Position numbers and translations under genes: made by a program
Origin: Candidatus Woesearchaeota archaeon
GTDB taxonomy: Archaea; Nanobdellota; Nanobdellia; Woesearchaeales; JBBIVF01
Assembly (NCBI GenBank): GCA_037439845.1
Contig: JBBIVF010000002.1
Coordinates: forward strand, 21,481 to 57,697
Length of the DNA stretch: 36,217 bases
Direction of reading: 5' to 3'
Shown here: positions 23,383-31,504 of the stretch, in pieces
How the letters are laid out: each line of letters opens with the position of its first letter
Position numbering within the stretch: the first letter of the stretch is position 1
The notes under the pieces: model-generated
The model's database searches: none
Told to the model about the DNA's origin: nothing
Seen by the model: only the letters and a program-made list of their open reading frames with translations

Positions 23383-25380
23383 ATGCCTGAAAATATGACT
23401 TTTGGAGCTCGTTATTACACACCTATGGAAAGAGATTATTATGTTGGTCCTTCTGGATTTTCAGAATATATTCAAAAACCATTGGCAAAACCCATGTTCT
23501 CTACTGCAGATATAGGTACAACAATAGGAGGTCCTAATCCATTCAGAGGTGTTTTGCAGGCGGCAATAAGAATGGGCGTTTCAAAAATAGAACTTTCTGC
23601 ATCAGCTTCGCATCAACCCGGAGTAGGTATGGATGCAATGGGACCTAAAGCAAGACAAGAGTTGAGAGAATTAGCAGATGCTGCAAAAGTTGAGCTAATC
23701 TCAGTTCATACTCCTGTTGAGATTGTCGGCAATGTTTCTGGTCTAGGAGAAAGAGGCTTTTCAGAGCAGACGAGAGAAATGCAATTGAATGAAATCAAGA
23801 AAGCAATTGATTTCGCTGCAGACACAACAAAAGGAGGAGCAGTTGTAGTGCATACTGGAGAATTTCCAAGATCTTTATTTGATAAGGTCTATAAAGGAGA
23901 GAAAAAAGAAATGTTTGAAATGTATCCGAGGGAGAAAGAAGAAGCAATTTTCTATGTTGTGGATAAAAGAACAGGACAGATTGTTAAAGGAGTGAGAGGA
24001 GATGAAAAGCTTTTCTTGCCTGAATATGAGCGGGACAAGAATGGAAATATAGTATATGTGCAAACAATAGACAAAGACGGTAAAGTAATAGACCTAAAGC
24101 ATCCTGTCACAGGAGAAAGAATACCTAAAGTCAAGATAAGCGGGCCTGATGAAACAATGTCTTTCACAAAAGCAATAACCTTCAATGAGTTTTTTGAAAA
24201 GGGCGATCCTTTAACAGGAAAAAAATTCAAATCACGAGAAGAAGCAGCAGTTGAGTTCTTTAGGTATGAACAAGAAATGGCTATAAACCAAAATCTCGGA
24301 CAAGCAGCACAATATGAACTATCATATAAGAATGCATTAGAAGAAAGACAAAAACTTCTTTCTGCATTAAGATATTGGCAAGAATATGAAAAAGATAAGA
24401 CAGAAGAAGAGCTTCTTCCTTATATGCAACAGGTCTCTGCATTATCAAGAACACCATTTATTCCAGGAGAATACAAGAAACCTTCAGAATATCTAAGAAG
24501 ATTACTTATAGAGAATGAAAAGAACATGCAATATGGCCAGAATATAGCTGTGGCTGCAAGAGCACAAGCAGAAGAAGCATTAAAAAAATTAAGAGAGGAT
24601 ATTGTTTCTATCGGAGAATATGCCTTAGATAAATCTACTGATTCTCTTGCAGAATTGGGGCTATATGCAGTTGAGAAGACAAGAAAACTAAGAAAAGAAT
24701 TCGAAAAAGAAGGCAGGACAGAGAAGATAAAGCCAATCTTTATAGCGCCAGAGAACATATTTCCTGAAATGGGTTTTGGTTCTCATCCGCAGGAGTTGAA
24801 AGAAATAGTTCTCAAAGCAAGAGAAAAATTTGTCAAATTGCTTATGGAACGAAATGTGACTGCTAATGAGAATGAAGCAAAGAAACTCGCAGAAGACCAT
24901 ATTAAAGCAACTTTGGATACAGAACATCTTGGTATGTGGAAAAGGAGATTCAAACTCAACCCAGGAGAGACAATGGAAGAAGGCGAGAAAAGGTTTAACA
25001 AATGGTATATAGAGCAGGTCAAGGACCTTATTGATTCAGGTGTTGTGGGCCATGTGCATATTGCAGATGGTTTTGGAAGAGGACATGCCAATCTTCCAGC
25101 AGGCCAAGGAAATTTTCCTCTGAAAGAGGCAATTGAATACCTAAAAGAAAAAGGATATGCAGGCACTCTTGTTTCAGAAGGTTATGGAGATCCAGAGCAT
25201 CAAATAACAGATGCATGGTCATATTTTGGCTCTCCAATATACGCAGCACAAAGACTTAGTCCTCAATTTAATACTGTAATGGGTGGTTATTTTGGCAGAG
25301 GATATTCCCCATATTTAGCAATACATTCATATATTCCCATTGAACAAAAGAAACCCTGGATAGAGAACTTGCCGGTTTAA
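23383..25380 (+). CDS. Xylose-isomerase-like TIM-barrel (AP endonuclease 2 family) protein with a large internal insertion
   Basis: N-terminal IELSAS...ELISVHTP...GGAVVVHTGE and C-terminal IFIAPEN...LDTEHLGMW...GHVHIADGFGRGHANLPAGQGNFPLKEAIEYLKEKGYAGTLVSE match the barrel motifs. About 290 aa of beta-rich plus coiled-coil-like sequence separate the VVVHTGE and APEN strands. Confidence 0.65.
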   Translation: MPENMTFGARYYTPMERDYYVGPSGFSEYIQKPLAKPMFSTADIGTTIGGPNPFRGVLQAAIRMGVSKIELSASASHQPGVGMDAMGPKARQELRELADAAKVELISVHTPVEIVGNVSGLGERGFSEQTREMQLNEIKKAIDFAADTTKGGAVVVHTGEFPRSLFDKVYKGEKKEMFEMYPREKEEAIFYVVDKRTGQIVKGVRGDEKLFLPEYERDKNGNIVYVQTIDKDGKVIDLKHPVTGERIPKVKISGPDETMSFTKAITFNEFFEKGDPLTGKKFKSREEAAVEFFRYEQEMAINQNLGQAAQYELSYKNALEERQKLLSALRYWQEYEKDKTEEELLPYMQQVSALSRTPFIPGEYKKPSEYLRRLLIENEKNMQYGQNIAVAARAQAEEALKKLREDIVSIGEYALDKSTDSLAELGLYAVEKTRKLRKEFEKEGRTEKIKPIFIAPENIFPEMGFGSHPQELKEIVLKAREKFVKLLMERNVTANENEAKKLAEDHIKATLDTEHLGMWKRRFKLNPGETMEEGEKRFNKWYIEQVKDLIDSGVVGHVHIADGFGRGHANLPAGQGNFPLKEAIEYLKEKGYAGTLVSEGYGDPEHQITDAWSYFGSPIYAAQRLSPQFNTVMGGYFGRGYSPYLAIHSYIPIEQKKPWIENLPV

Positions 25381-25937
25381 ATAAAAAATTTCATTATCTT
25401 GTCAAATCTTTTTCTGCTGATTGCTATTTTTTCATTGCCTAATTTTATCAATTCTTTGATATAATCTTCGCTGACAATAAAACGATTGTCTTTGGCAATT
25501 ATCGCAGACACTACATTGGAATCTACTATAGATACAATATTTTTTCTTTCCATTGATATTATTCCTGAATGCTTGAGTCCGCAGTTAATAGCAAACCTCA
25601 ATAATTTATTTGCAAGCTCTATAGTTCTGCAACTTATATGCAATATTGGAGATTCCATCTTGAACCAGAGATAATTAGAGGGCAATTTTTTTAATTTGGC
25701 CATTAATTCATCAAACTCCACAGGTTCATGGGAAACAAAGTACCATTTTGTTTTGAACTTCTTGCCGTCTTCAGAAGGCTCATACACCATTATTCTTCCT
25801 GCGCAGGATGAGGTAGTGAAATAATCCTTATGCGCATTAATTGCATCAACAAGATATTTTATTTGTGGGTCAATTTTTTTTGCTCTTGACTTATCCTTTT
25901 TTTTCAGAATTTCTTTTTTCATTGATTCAAATGTCAT
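25377..25937 (-). CDS. taw3: tRNA wyosine-derivative methyltransferase Taw3 (TYW3 family)
   Basis: DPQIKYLVDAINAHKDYFTTSSCAGRIMV contains the TYW3 signature SSC.GRI. The size (186 aa) fits archaeal Taw3. Confidence 0.8.
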   Translation of the reverse strand: MTFESMKKEILKKKDKSRAKKIDPQIKYLVDAINAHKDYFTTSSCAGRIMVYEPSEDGKKFKTKWYFVSHEPVEFDELMAKLKKLPSNYLWFKMESPILHISCRTIELANKLLRFAINCGLKHSGIISMERKNIVSIVDSNVVSAIIAKDNRFIVSEDYIKELIKLGNEKIAISRKRFDKIMKFFI

Positions 25938-26051
25938 TTTCTTTTCCTAAAAATATCATACTTTTTTGTTCAATCCCTTTTTATTCAATATTTTTTGAAT
26001 TTTCTGTGGTAGTTATCAAGATTTTAAAAATATTAAGAAATTATTTAAATA

Positions 26052-26864
26052 TTATTTGTTGCCATGAACAATTTTTCCCATTTCTTTGACAAATTCCTCT
26101 GCTTCTTTTTTTAGATTATCGTATTCATATCCCTTCATACTTGCTATTTTCTTATGAGATATGTTCTTTGACAACTCATAGAAATGCCTCATCACATTAG
26201 GATATTTCTTGTCGCATATCTTCTTTTTTACAAGCACTTCTTCCATTAGATTTGCTACTTCCTCTGGTGCAACTGGAATCTCTCCGTATTTCATTAATGC
26301 TGCATGCGCAGAATCAATAACAGCCCAATAAAGATCTATCACTGCTTGCAAAATATGCCATTCTGAATTTTTCAAGGTGACTGGAGCTCTATTGTAATAG
26401 ACATAAGTTGATTCAAGAGTGGGCCTTATTCTTCCTTGGAACAATAATCTTTGCAATGGGTCAAAGAATCCTACATCAATCAATGCCACTCCATCTCTTA
26501 ATATATTCACTGCAACAGGATCTCCTTGCCTTACATATTCCCAAAAAGATGTTAATCTTAATGTAGTTATATGCAATCTTTTTGACACTTTCAATATTAT
26601 CTTCTGAACTAATATTCTATATGCTTCCACAACTTCTGGATTCAGATCAACTCCAACATCATCAAGTATAACAAGAATGTCTATATCAGCAACAGGCTCA
26701 GGCCTTGTTATTTTCTTGACAGAATGGCCAAATATAACAATTGCTTTTATTAATGGTGAAAACTCTTTTACTGCATTCTTTGCGAATTGCAAAGCAAGCT
26801 CATATTCATCCTTCCCATATTTATCTTTATTTACAGGAGCAGGCTTTTTTTGAGGTATCTCCAT
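26052..26864 (-). CDS. Nucleotidyltransferase-domain protein with helical (HEPN/KNTase_C-like) C-terminal half
   Basis: IKAIVIFGHSVKK...ADIDILVILDD follows the minimal NTase pattern G[SH]...D.D. The C-terminal four-helix-like region has no clear Rx4-6H motif. Confidence 0.55.
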   Translation of the reverse strand: MEIPQKKPAPVNKDKYGKDEYELALQFAKNAVKEFSPLIKAIVIFGHSVKKITRPEPVADIDILVILDDVGVDLNPEVVEAYRILVQKIILKVSKRLHITTLRLTSFWEYVRQGDPVAVNILRDGVALIDVGFFDPLQRLLFQGRIRPTLESTYVYYNRAPVTLKNSEWHILQAVIDLYWAVIDSAHAALMKYGEIPVAPEEVANLMEEVLVKKKICDKKYPNVMRHFYELSKNISHKKIASMKGYEYDNLKKEAEEFVKEMGKIVHGNK

Positions 26865-26972
26865 TTTTATCTAAATTTATTTAAAAAATATTTAAAGTAT
26901 TGTATTATTTAGTCAGTAGTGAATGTTTTCTTTGAGATAAATTTTTTAATGATGCTCATCATAATAACAAAA

Positions 26973-27608
26973 ATGGACTCTTTGGACAATGAGCTTAAGC
27001 AGAAAATACAGCCAATTATAAATCAGGCAATGCAAAAATTTCTTGGAGTCACTATCTCTGAGATGGTTGATGATCTCTCAACAAAACTTCAACAGCCATT
27101 ATTTGGAATAATTATAAATTTTGATCTTGATTACAAAGCAAGCAAAAAGGATTTCAAGAAAAAATATATTGAAAGATTATTGATTCTCAATTACGGCAAT
27201 ATTTCTGAAGTCGCGAAAATCATAGACGTAGATAGAAGAACAATACACAGGATAATAGAAGAGTTGGGAATTGATATCGAAAGAATAAGAAAAGAGCTAT
27301 TGAAACCATCATATCTCAAAGAAGAATCAATGAGAAGCGCAATAACAGAAACAATAACTCAATTCAAAGATATAATTCACCCTGTCAAGCTAGAGAAGAT
27401 GTACCAGAATGTTCCTGAATTAACTAAGAATATACTTCAAGATATACCTCAAAAGGATCTTTCTCTGAAAGAAGCAGAGATTGAGTTCGAAAAAATTTAC
27501 TTGAAAAAAAAGCTTGAGGAATTCAATGGCAATGTCGTGAAATGCGCAAAAGCAATAGGATTAAGGTATGAAACTCTGCTTCGAAAGAAAAAAGAATTAG
27601 GACTCTGA
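26973..27608 (+). CDS. Protein with two Fis-type (HTH_8-like) helix-turn-helix motifs, paralog 1
   Basis: FKKKYIERLLILNYGNISEVAKIIDVDRRTIHRIIEELGI and FEKIYLKKKLEEFNGNVVKCAKAIGLRYETLLRKKKELGL both match the NtrC/Fis C-terminal HTH pattern. The track start is GTG 26919 and adds a hydrophobic 18-aa extension; I prefer ATG 26973. Confidence 0.65.
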   Translation: MDSLDNELKQKIQPIINQAMQKFLGVTISEMVDDLSTKLQQPLFGIIINFDLDYKASKKDFKKKYIERLLILNYGNISEVAKIIDVDRRTIHRIIEELGIDIERIRKELLKPSYLKEESMRSAITETITQFKDIIHPVKLEKMYQNVPELTKNILQDIPQKDLSLKEAEIEFEKIYLKKKLEEFNGNVVKCAKAIGLRYETLLRKKKELGL

Positions 27609-27610
27609 TT

Positions 27611-27636
27611 TAATTGTCACACAATTATATTTTTTG
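27611..27636 (+). terminator. Hairpin plus T6 run immediately after the twin-HTH gene stop
   Basis: TAATTGT-CAC-ACAATTA is a perfect 7-bp palindrome (27611-27627), followed by TA and TTTTTT (27630-27635). Oligo-T is the main archaeal termination signal. Confidence 0.35.
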
Positions 27637-27698
27637 ACACATTTAAATATATATTCTTTAAAATATTACACTAATTAATTGACATTATTTTCATATAG

Positions 27699-27929
27699 GT
27701 GAAAAAATTGGCAGAAAAAGACGAACAAATAGGTTTTCATAAAGGCGCATTAAGTACTCTTGCTAAAGAAAGAGAAGAGATGTTAAGAATTTTGGGCATT
27801 GTAGAGCAGCTTATGAAGTTTCATATCAAGGCCCTAAAAGAGCTGGGTATTGATATAGAGTCAATGGCACAGGAACAGGCTCAAAAAGCCGCTAAAAAGC
27901 CTAAAAAACCAATAGAAGACAAATTATAA
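27699..27929 (+). CDS. Small helical hypothetical protein with Lys-rich tail
   Basis: 76 aa, coiled-coil-like, C-terminal KAAKKPKKP. The track start is GTG inside a GGTGA; TTG 27708 with that GGTGA as ribosome-binding site is an alternative. Confidence 0.5.
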   Translation: MKKLAEKDEQIGFHKGALSTLAKEREEMLRILGIVEQLMKFHIKALKELGIDIESMAQEQAQKAAKKPKKPIEDKL

Positions 27930-28174
27930 AGGTCTGGAAATGCTTATTTGAACCTTATCAAGATAAGCATATCTCGCAAAATTTTTTATAATTAACTACT
28001 GAAAAGTAATAAAAAAAACACAAAATTTATAAATAAGTTTTACCATAAAATAATCATAATTGAACAACTCTCAAAGGTCATCACACCTTTGTGCATAGAA
28101 GTTCAATATTTTTTATAAATAAAGAAAAAATACTATATAAAGAAAAATAATTAAAAAAACAAATGGAGGCAAAA

Positions 28175-28711
28175 ATGGTAAATCTTCAGAGCATAATTGA
28201 CAAGCAAGTGAAGTACACAGACACTTTAAAGAAAGAGTTGGCTGAAGCTATTAAAGCGTGTGGTTATAGCCCTGCTGAGTTGAAAGATGAAAAGAAAGCA
28301 GCAAAAGTTCTTAATCAACTGTTTGAAGAACTTGCCAGGAAAAACGGATGGACAGGAGATGAAACTGAAGTATTGAACAAGCAACTGACCTCATTGGGCA
28401 TCTCTTTACCCAGCCTTGCAAGTTGGGTGCAAAGATTTGGCACGCTCAGTGAACAAGTTATTGACAGGGCAGTCAGCTCAGAATTTACTGAAGCTGCTTT
28501 AACACAGGGTACTTACAAATACAGAGTCTTTGATTCAAAAGAAGAAGCAGAAAAAAAGATTGAAGAAATGACTAAAGAATTCCTAAAGTTCGGCATCAAT
28601 TACAAGCCAGGCAAGCTTGACACACCAATTGAAGTCGAGAAAGACTTGAAGGCATTGTATAGCCAGATGGTCGAATTGGGAGTATCAAACCCAAAATACA
28701 AGTTTAGTTAA
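28175..28711 (+). CDS. Hypothetical soluble protein (about 178 aa)
   Basis: Long ORF. I prefer ATG 28175 because GGAGG (28165-28169) lies 5 nt upstream; the track uses ATG 28163. No recognisable motif. Confidence 0.6.
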   Translation: MVNLQSIIDKQVKYTDTLKKELAEAIKACGYSPAELKDEKKAAKVLNQLFEELARKNGWTGDETEVLNKQLTSLGISLPSLASWVQRFGTLSEQVIDRAVSSEFTEAALTQGTYKYRVFDSKEEAEKKIEEMTKEFLKFGINYKPGKLDTPIEVEKDLKALYSQMVELGVSNPKYKFS

Positions 28712-28742
28712 AAAAATTTTTAATTTTTTATTTTAACTTTTT

Positions 28743-29735
28743 ATGATCATGCAAAGCATAAACGAAGTGAATAATGTACAGAGTTCTACATATTTATCTA
28801 GATATAAGCCTATTGTGCTTGAGAAGACAAATGAGCTAATAAAACCTTATTTAGGCGTAGATACTAGCATTACTCAAGATATAACATTTAAGCTATTAGA
28901 CAATGCAGAGCTGGGAAATAGAATATATCAAAATCTTTCTGGAGTCAAGTTCAGAAGCATAAAAGAGATGGATGATGCAATAAAAAAAGAATACTTCTCA
29001 TCTCAACTCAAGATGCATCTCGGAAACATAGCAGAGACCGCAAGAATAGCAGGAGTGTCTAGAGAGCATCTCCAGAGAAAAACAAAAGAATATGGCATAA
29101 ATGTTGATCAGTTCAGGATAAGCGCATATGCAGACAAAAAATTCGATTCAAACGTATTCAATGAAACATATGTAAAAAATGTTATACAGACAGAACTTTC
29201 TCAGCTAGAGGATAAGATTAATCCTGACTTATATTCAAGGATAAAGCAAGATTTTGAGAAGATTTCAACCCAGCTATCAGAATCACTTAATTCAATCATA
29301 AATCCACAAGAGATATACAACAAGAAGTTGGATGAAGTGTTCAATGAAGTCAAATCTAAATTATTATCTAGCATATATGAAAAAGCTTCATTTAACTCAG
29401 AAAAAATAGCGAGTTATCTAAACACCAGTGTTTCAACAGTACAGAGAATGCTCAAAAAATATAACCTAGGATTAGATTATGGCGAGAAAGAAGAAAAGAA
29501 ACAGCAAAGCTCTCTAGAGGCAGAAATCAAAAAGCAGCTGAAAGAGAAAGAAATAGAGGCCATTAAAGAAAAAAAGAAAAAAACAGAAGTGATTGATATA
29601 AGAGAATTTCTCAGGAATATGAAACAAATCAAGGAAAAAACAAAAGAAACAAGCAGAGATAACTCTAAAAATATGGAATCTAAAGATATAGAGAACAAAA
29701 GACAAATCATAGAAGCAATATCCAGAGCAGCTTAG
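28743..29735 (+). CDS. Protein with two Fis-type (HTH_8-like) helix-turn-helix motifs plus Lys/Glu-rich tail, paralog 2
   Basis: IKKEYFSSQLKMHLGNIAETARIAGVSREHLQRKTKEYGI and LLSSIYEKASFNSEKIASYLNTSVSTVQRMLKKYNLGL are collinear with 26973-27608. An extra C-terminal K/E-rich region of about 85 aa follows. Confidence 0.65.
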   Translation: MIMQSINEVNNVQSSTYLSRYKPIVLEKTNELIKPYLGVDTSITQDITFKLLDNAELGNRIYQNLSGVKFRSIKEMDDAIKKEYFSSQLKMHLGNIAETARIAGVSREHLQRKTKEYGINVDQFRISAYADKKFDSNVFNETYVKNVIQTELSQLEDKINPDLYSRIKQDFEKISTQLSESLNSIINPQEIYNKKLDEVFNEVKSKLLSSIYEKASFNSEKIASYLNTSVSTVQRMLKKYNLGLDYGEKEEKKQQSSLEAEIKKQLKEKEIEAIKEKKKKTEVIDIREFLRNMKQIKEKTKETSRDNSKNMESKDIENKRQIIEAISRAA

Positions 29736-29811
29736 ATTGGTTAAGTTATCACACTATTTCTACTCTCAATTCAATCTTATTTAAATATTCAAAAAACAAT
29801 ATTCTCTATAG

Positions 29812-29847
29812 ATGACTTAAAAGTCATACTAAAAAGTCATACTAAAA
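29812..29847. repeat. Palindrome ATGACTT/AAGTCAT overlapping a 2 x 13-bp tandem repeat (AGTCATACTAAAA)
   Basis: Read directly: ATGACTT 29812-29818 and AAGTCAT 29821-29827. Tandem units lie at 29822-29834 and 29835-29847, ending 10 nt before the GGTGA ribosome-binding site of the 29868 gene. Confidence 0.85.
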
Positions 29848-29867
29848 AACTGAAGAAGGTGAGAATT

Positions 29868-30362
29868 ATGTCAAGAAAAGACAAGTACACATCCAAAGAC
29901 GAATTCAAATACGAATTGAATGATAAAGAGAAAGAAGATCTCCTGAAGGAGTTGGGATTGATGTATTTAAAACAGATGTATGCACCTCAATTGGCAAATC
30001 CTTTTGCACCTTTAGCAACAGGAATTCCAGGTTTTGGCATACCCTCTCAAATGTATGGTCAAATGCCATTTTCAGCAATGCCTTTCAAAGCAGATTACAG
30101 TACTTTGAACCAATTGCTTGAAAATGAGTTAAAATATGGCTACAAGAAAAAAGAAGACCTGGCTGAAAAAGCTGGAAAGAATTATCTCAGCTCATTTCCA
30201 GCATCGCAATATGCAGGTCTTTTTGGACAACTTAATCCATTATTTACAGAAATTGCAGAGTATGGAGGTACTTACGAAATCACAATAAAGTATACAGTAG
30301 GCGGAAAATCAGAGAGTAAAAAAGATTCAAAAGAATCAACAGAGTATAAGTCAAAAAATTAA
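29868..30362 (+). CDS. Hypothetical protein with Pro/Gly/Phe/Met-rich central low-complexity segment
   Basis: ATG 29868 has GGTGA (29858-29862) 5 nt upstream; the track start GTG 29859 lies inside that ribosome-binding site. Central segment reads NPFAPLATGIPGFGIPSQMYGQMPFSAMPF. Confidence 0.55.
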   Translation: MSRKDKYTSKDEFKYELNDKEKEDLLKELGLMYLKQMYAPQLANPFAPLATGIPGFGIPSQMYGQMPFSAMPFKADYSTLNQLLENELKYGYKKKEDLAEKAGKNYLSSFPASQYAGLFGQLNPLFTEIAEYGGTYEITIKYTVGGKSESKKDSKESTEYKSKN

Positions 30363-30426
30363 TTTTTTATTTTCTTTATTATTCTCCTTATATTATTCTC
30401 CTTGTCTTCTTTATTTAGCATATTCT

Positions 30427-31407
30427 TTATCTCAATAAAATATTTCTTCCTAAACGAGGATGGAACATAAAATCATCTTCTGTAGTCTCTCTGGAATTTT
30501 CGATGAAATTCAATATGCCTGAAAGTTTTGAGCTCAATTCATCAGCATAATATAGTGCAAATGCTTCTGCTGTCATAGGCTCTTTTGGTGAGCCCCATTC
30601 TACTCTTCCATGATGACTCACAATAAGATGTAGTAACTTGTTCTTAATATCATCATCCATTCCTATTTCATCGCATTTTTTGGAAACGAATATTGCAGAA
30701 AGAGAAAGATGTCCTATCATCTGGCCTTTTATAGTGCCTTTTATTCTTGTGGTAACCTCAAGCTCTTCCATTTTTCCAATATCGTGTAGTATTGCGCCTG
30801 CAATCAACAGGTCTCTATCAAGCTCAGGAAACAATTCAATGCTTTTTTTGCAATATTCAATAACCTCTAGTGTATGCTCGAGCAGGCCTCCTATCCAATT
30901 ATGGTGTATCTCTATTGAACCAGGAGCTGTTTTGAACCTAGTGCTTATAGATTCATCATTAAATATATTCTGAAGAAGATTTTTAATTTGAGTATTTTTA
31001 ATTTTGTTTATTTCATCAATTAACACTGAAAACATCTTTTCTATGTCTTTTTCTGCTTTTCTCAAGAAATCAGAAGCATTGTATTCTCCCTCTTTCAATA
31101 CCTCTAACAGAAATGGCTCATTTGTGGTAAGCTGCAATCTCTCCTTATACACTCCGACTTTTCCTTGTACTCTTACAATAGAATCCGGTTTTATAGAATC
31201 ATAGAGTGCTCTGACCTTGTTTTCATCTTTCTGCCCCCAATACTTATATTCTATGTTCTTGCCGCTATTATCAGAAAGCGTTAATTCAAATGAAAAGCCG
31301 TTTGCATAAGGAGCAAAACCTTTTTTAAACTTAACTACAAAGATATCATCTACTTGAGCTCCTTCATGTAACATAGATATAGGTTGTTTTTTGGTATAAA
31401 TTTTCAT
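30427..31407 (-). CDS. OB-fold + HD-domain nuclease (YhaM/Cbf1-like 3'-5' exoribonuclease family)
   Basis: N-terminal OB (VDDIFVVKFKK...VRVQGKV), then HHNWIGGLLEHTLEV, AGAILHDIGK and LIVSHHG HD motifs. Start set at ATG 31407 (MKIYTKKQ...). The 42-aa track extension overlaps the upstream gene and looks non-coding. Confidence 0.8.
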   Translation of the reverse strand: MKIYTKKQPISMLHEGAQVDDIFVVKFKKGFAPYANGFSFELTLSDNSGKNIEYKYWGQKDENKVRALYDSIKPDSIVRVQGKVGVYKERLQLTTNEPFLLEVLKEGEYNASDFLRKAEKDIEKMFSVLIDEINKIKNTQIKNLLQNIFNDESISTRFKTAPGSIEIHHNWIGGLLEHTLEVIEYCKKSIELFPELDRDLLIAGAILHDIGKMEELEVTTRIKGTIKGQMIGHLSLSAIFVSKKCDEIGMDDDIKNKLLHLIVSHHGRVEWGSPKEPMTAEAFALYYADELSSKLSGILNFIENSRETTEDDFMFHPRLGRNILLR

Positions 31408-31504
31408 ATGATGCTCAAGAACAAAGACATATATAAATCTTTGGCTAAATGCGCTTATGGTTTCTAAAATTAGATTATAAAAAGGGGTAAAAAAAATAAA
31501 AAAT

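Noticed and set aside
23198-23422. Track ORF (-) of 74 aa
   Set aside because: It lies antisense across the tRNA-Tyr gene and its intron.
23875-25249. Cluster of minus-strand ORFs (23875-24063, 23952-24230, 24420-24758, 24688-24927, 24783-25166, 25028-25249)
   Set aside because: All are antisense shadows inside the 665-aa TIM-barrel gene. They overlap one another in different frames and lack motifs.
23187-30362. Integrated provirus or plasmid at tRNA-Tyr
   Set aside because: I recognised no integrase, recombinase, capsid, terminase or replication gene. I did not see a direct repeat of the tRNA 3' half (GGTTCGAGTCTGGGCGAGGGG) downstream. Housekeeping taw3 lies inside the interval. I kept only a weak alternative in the twin-HTH finding.
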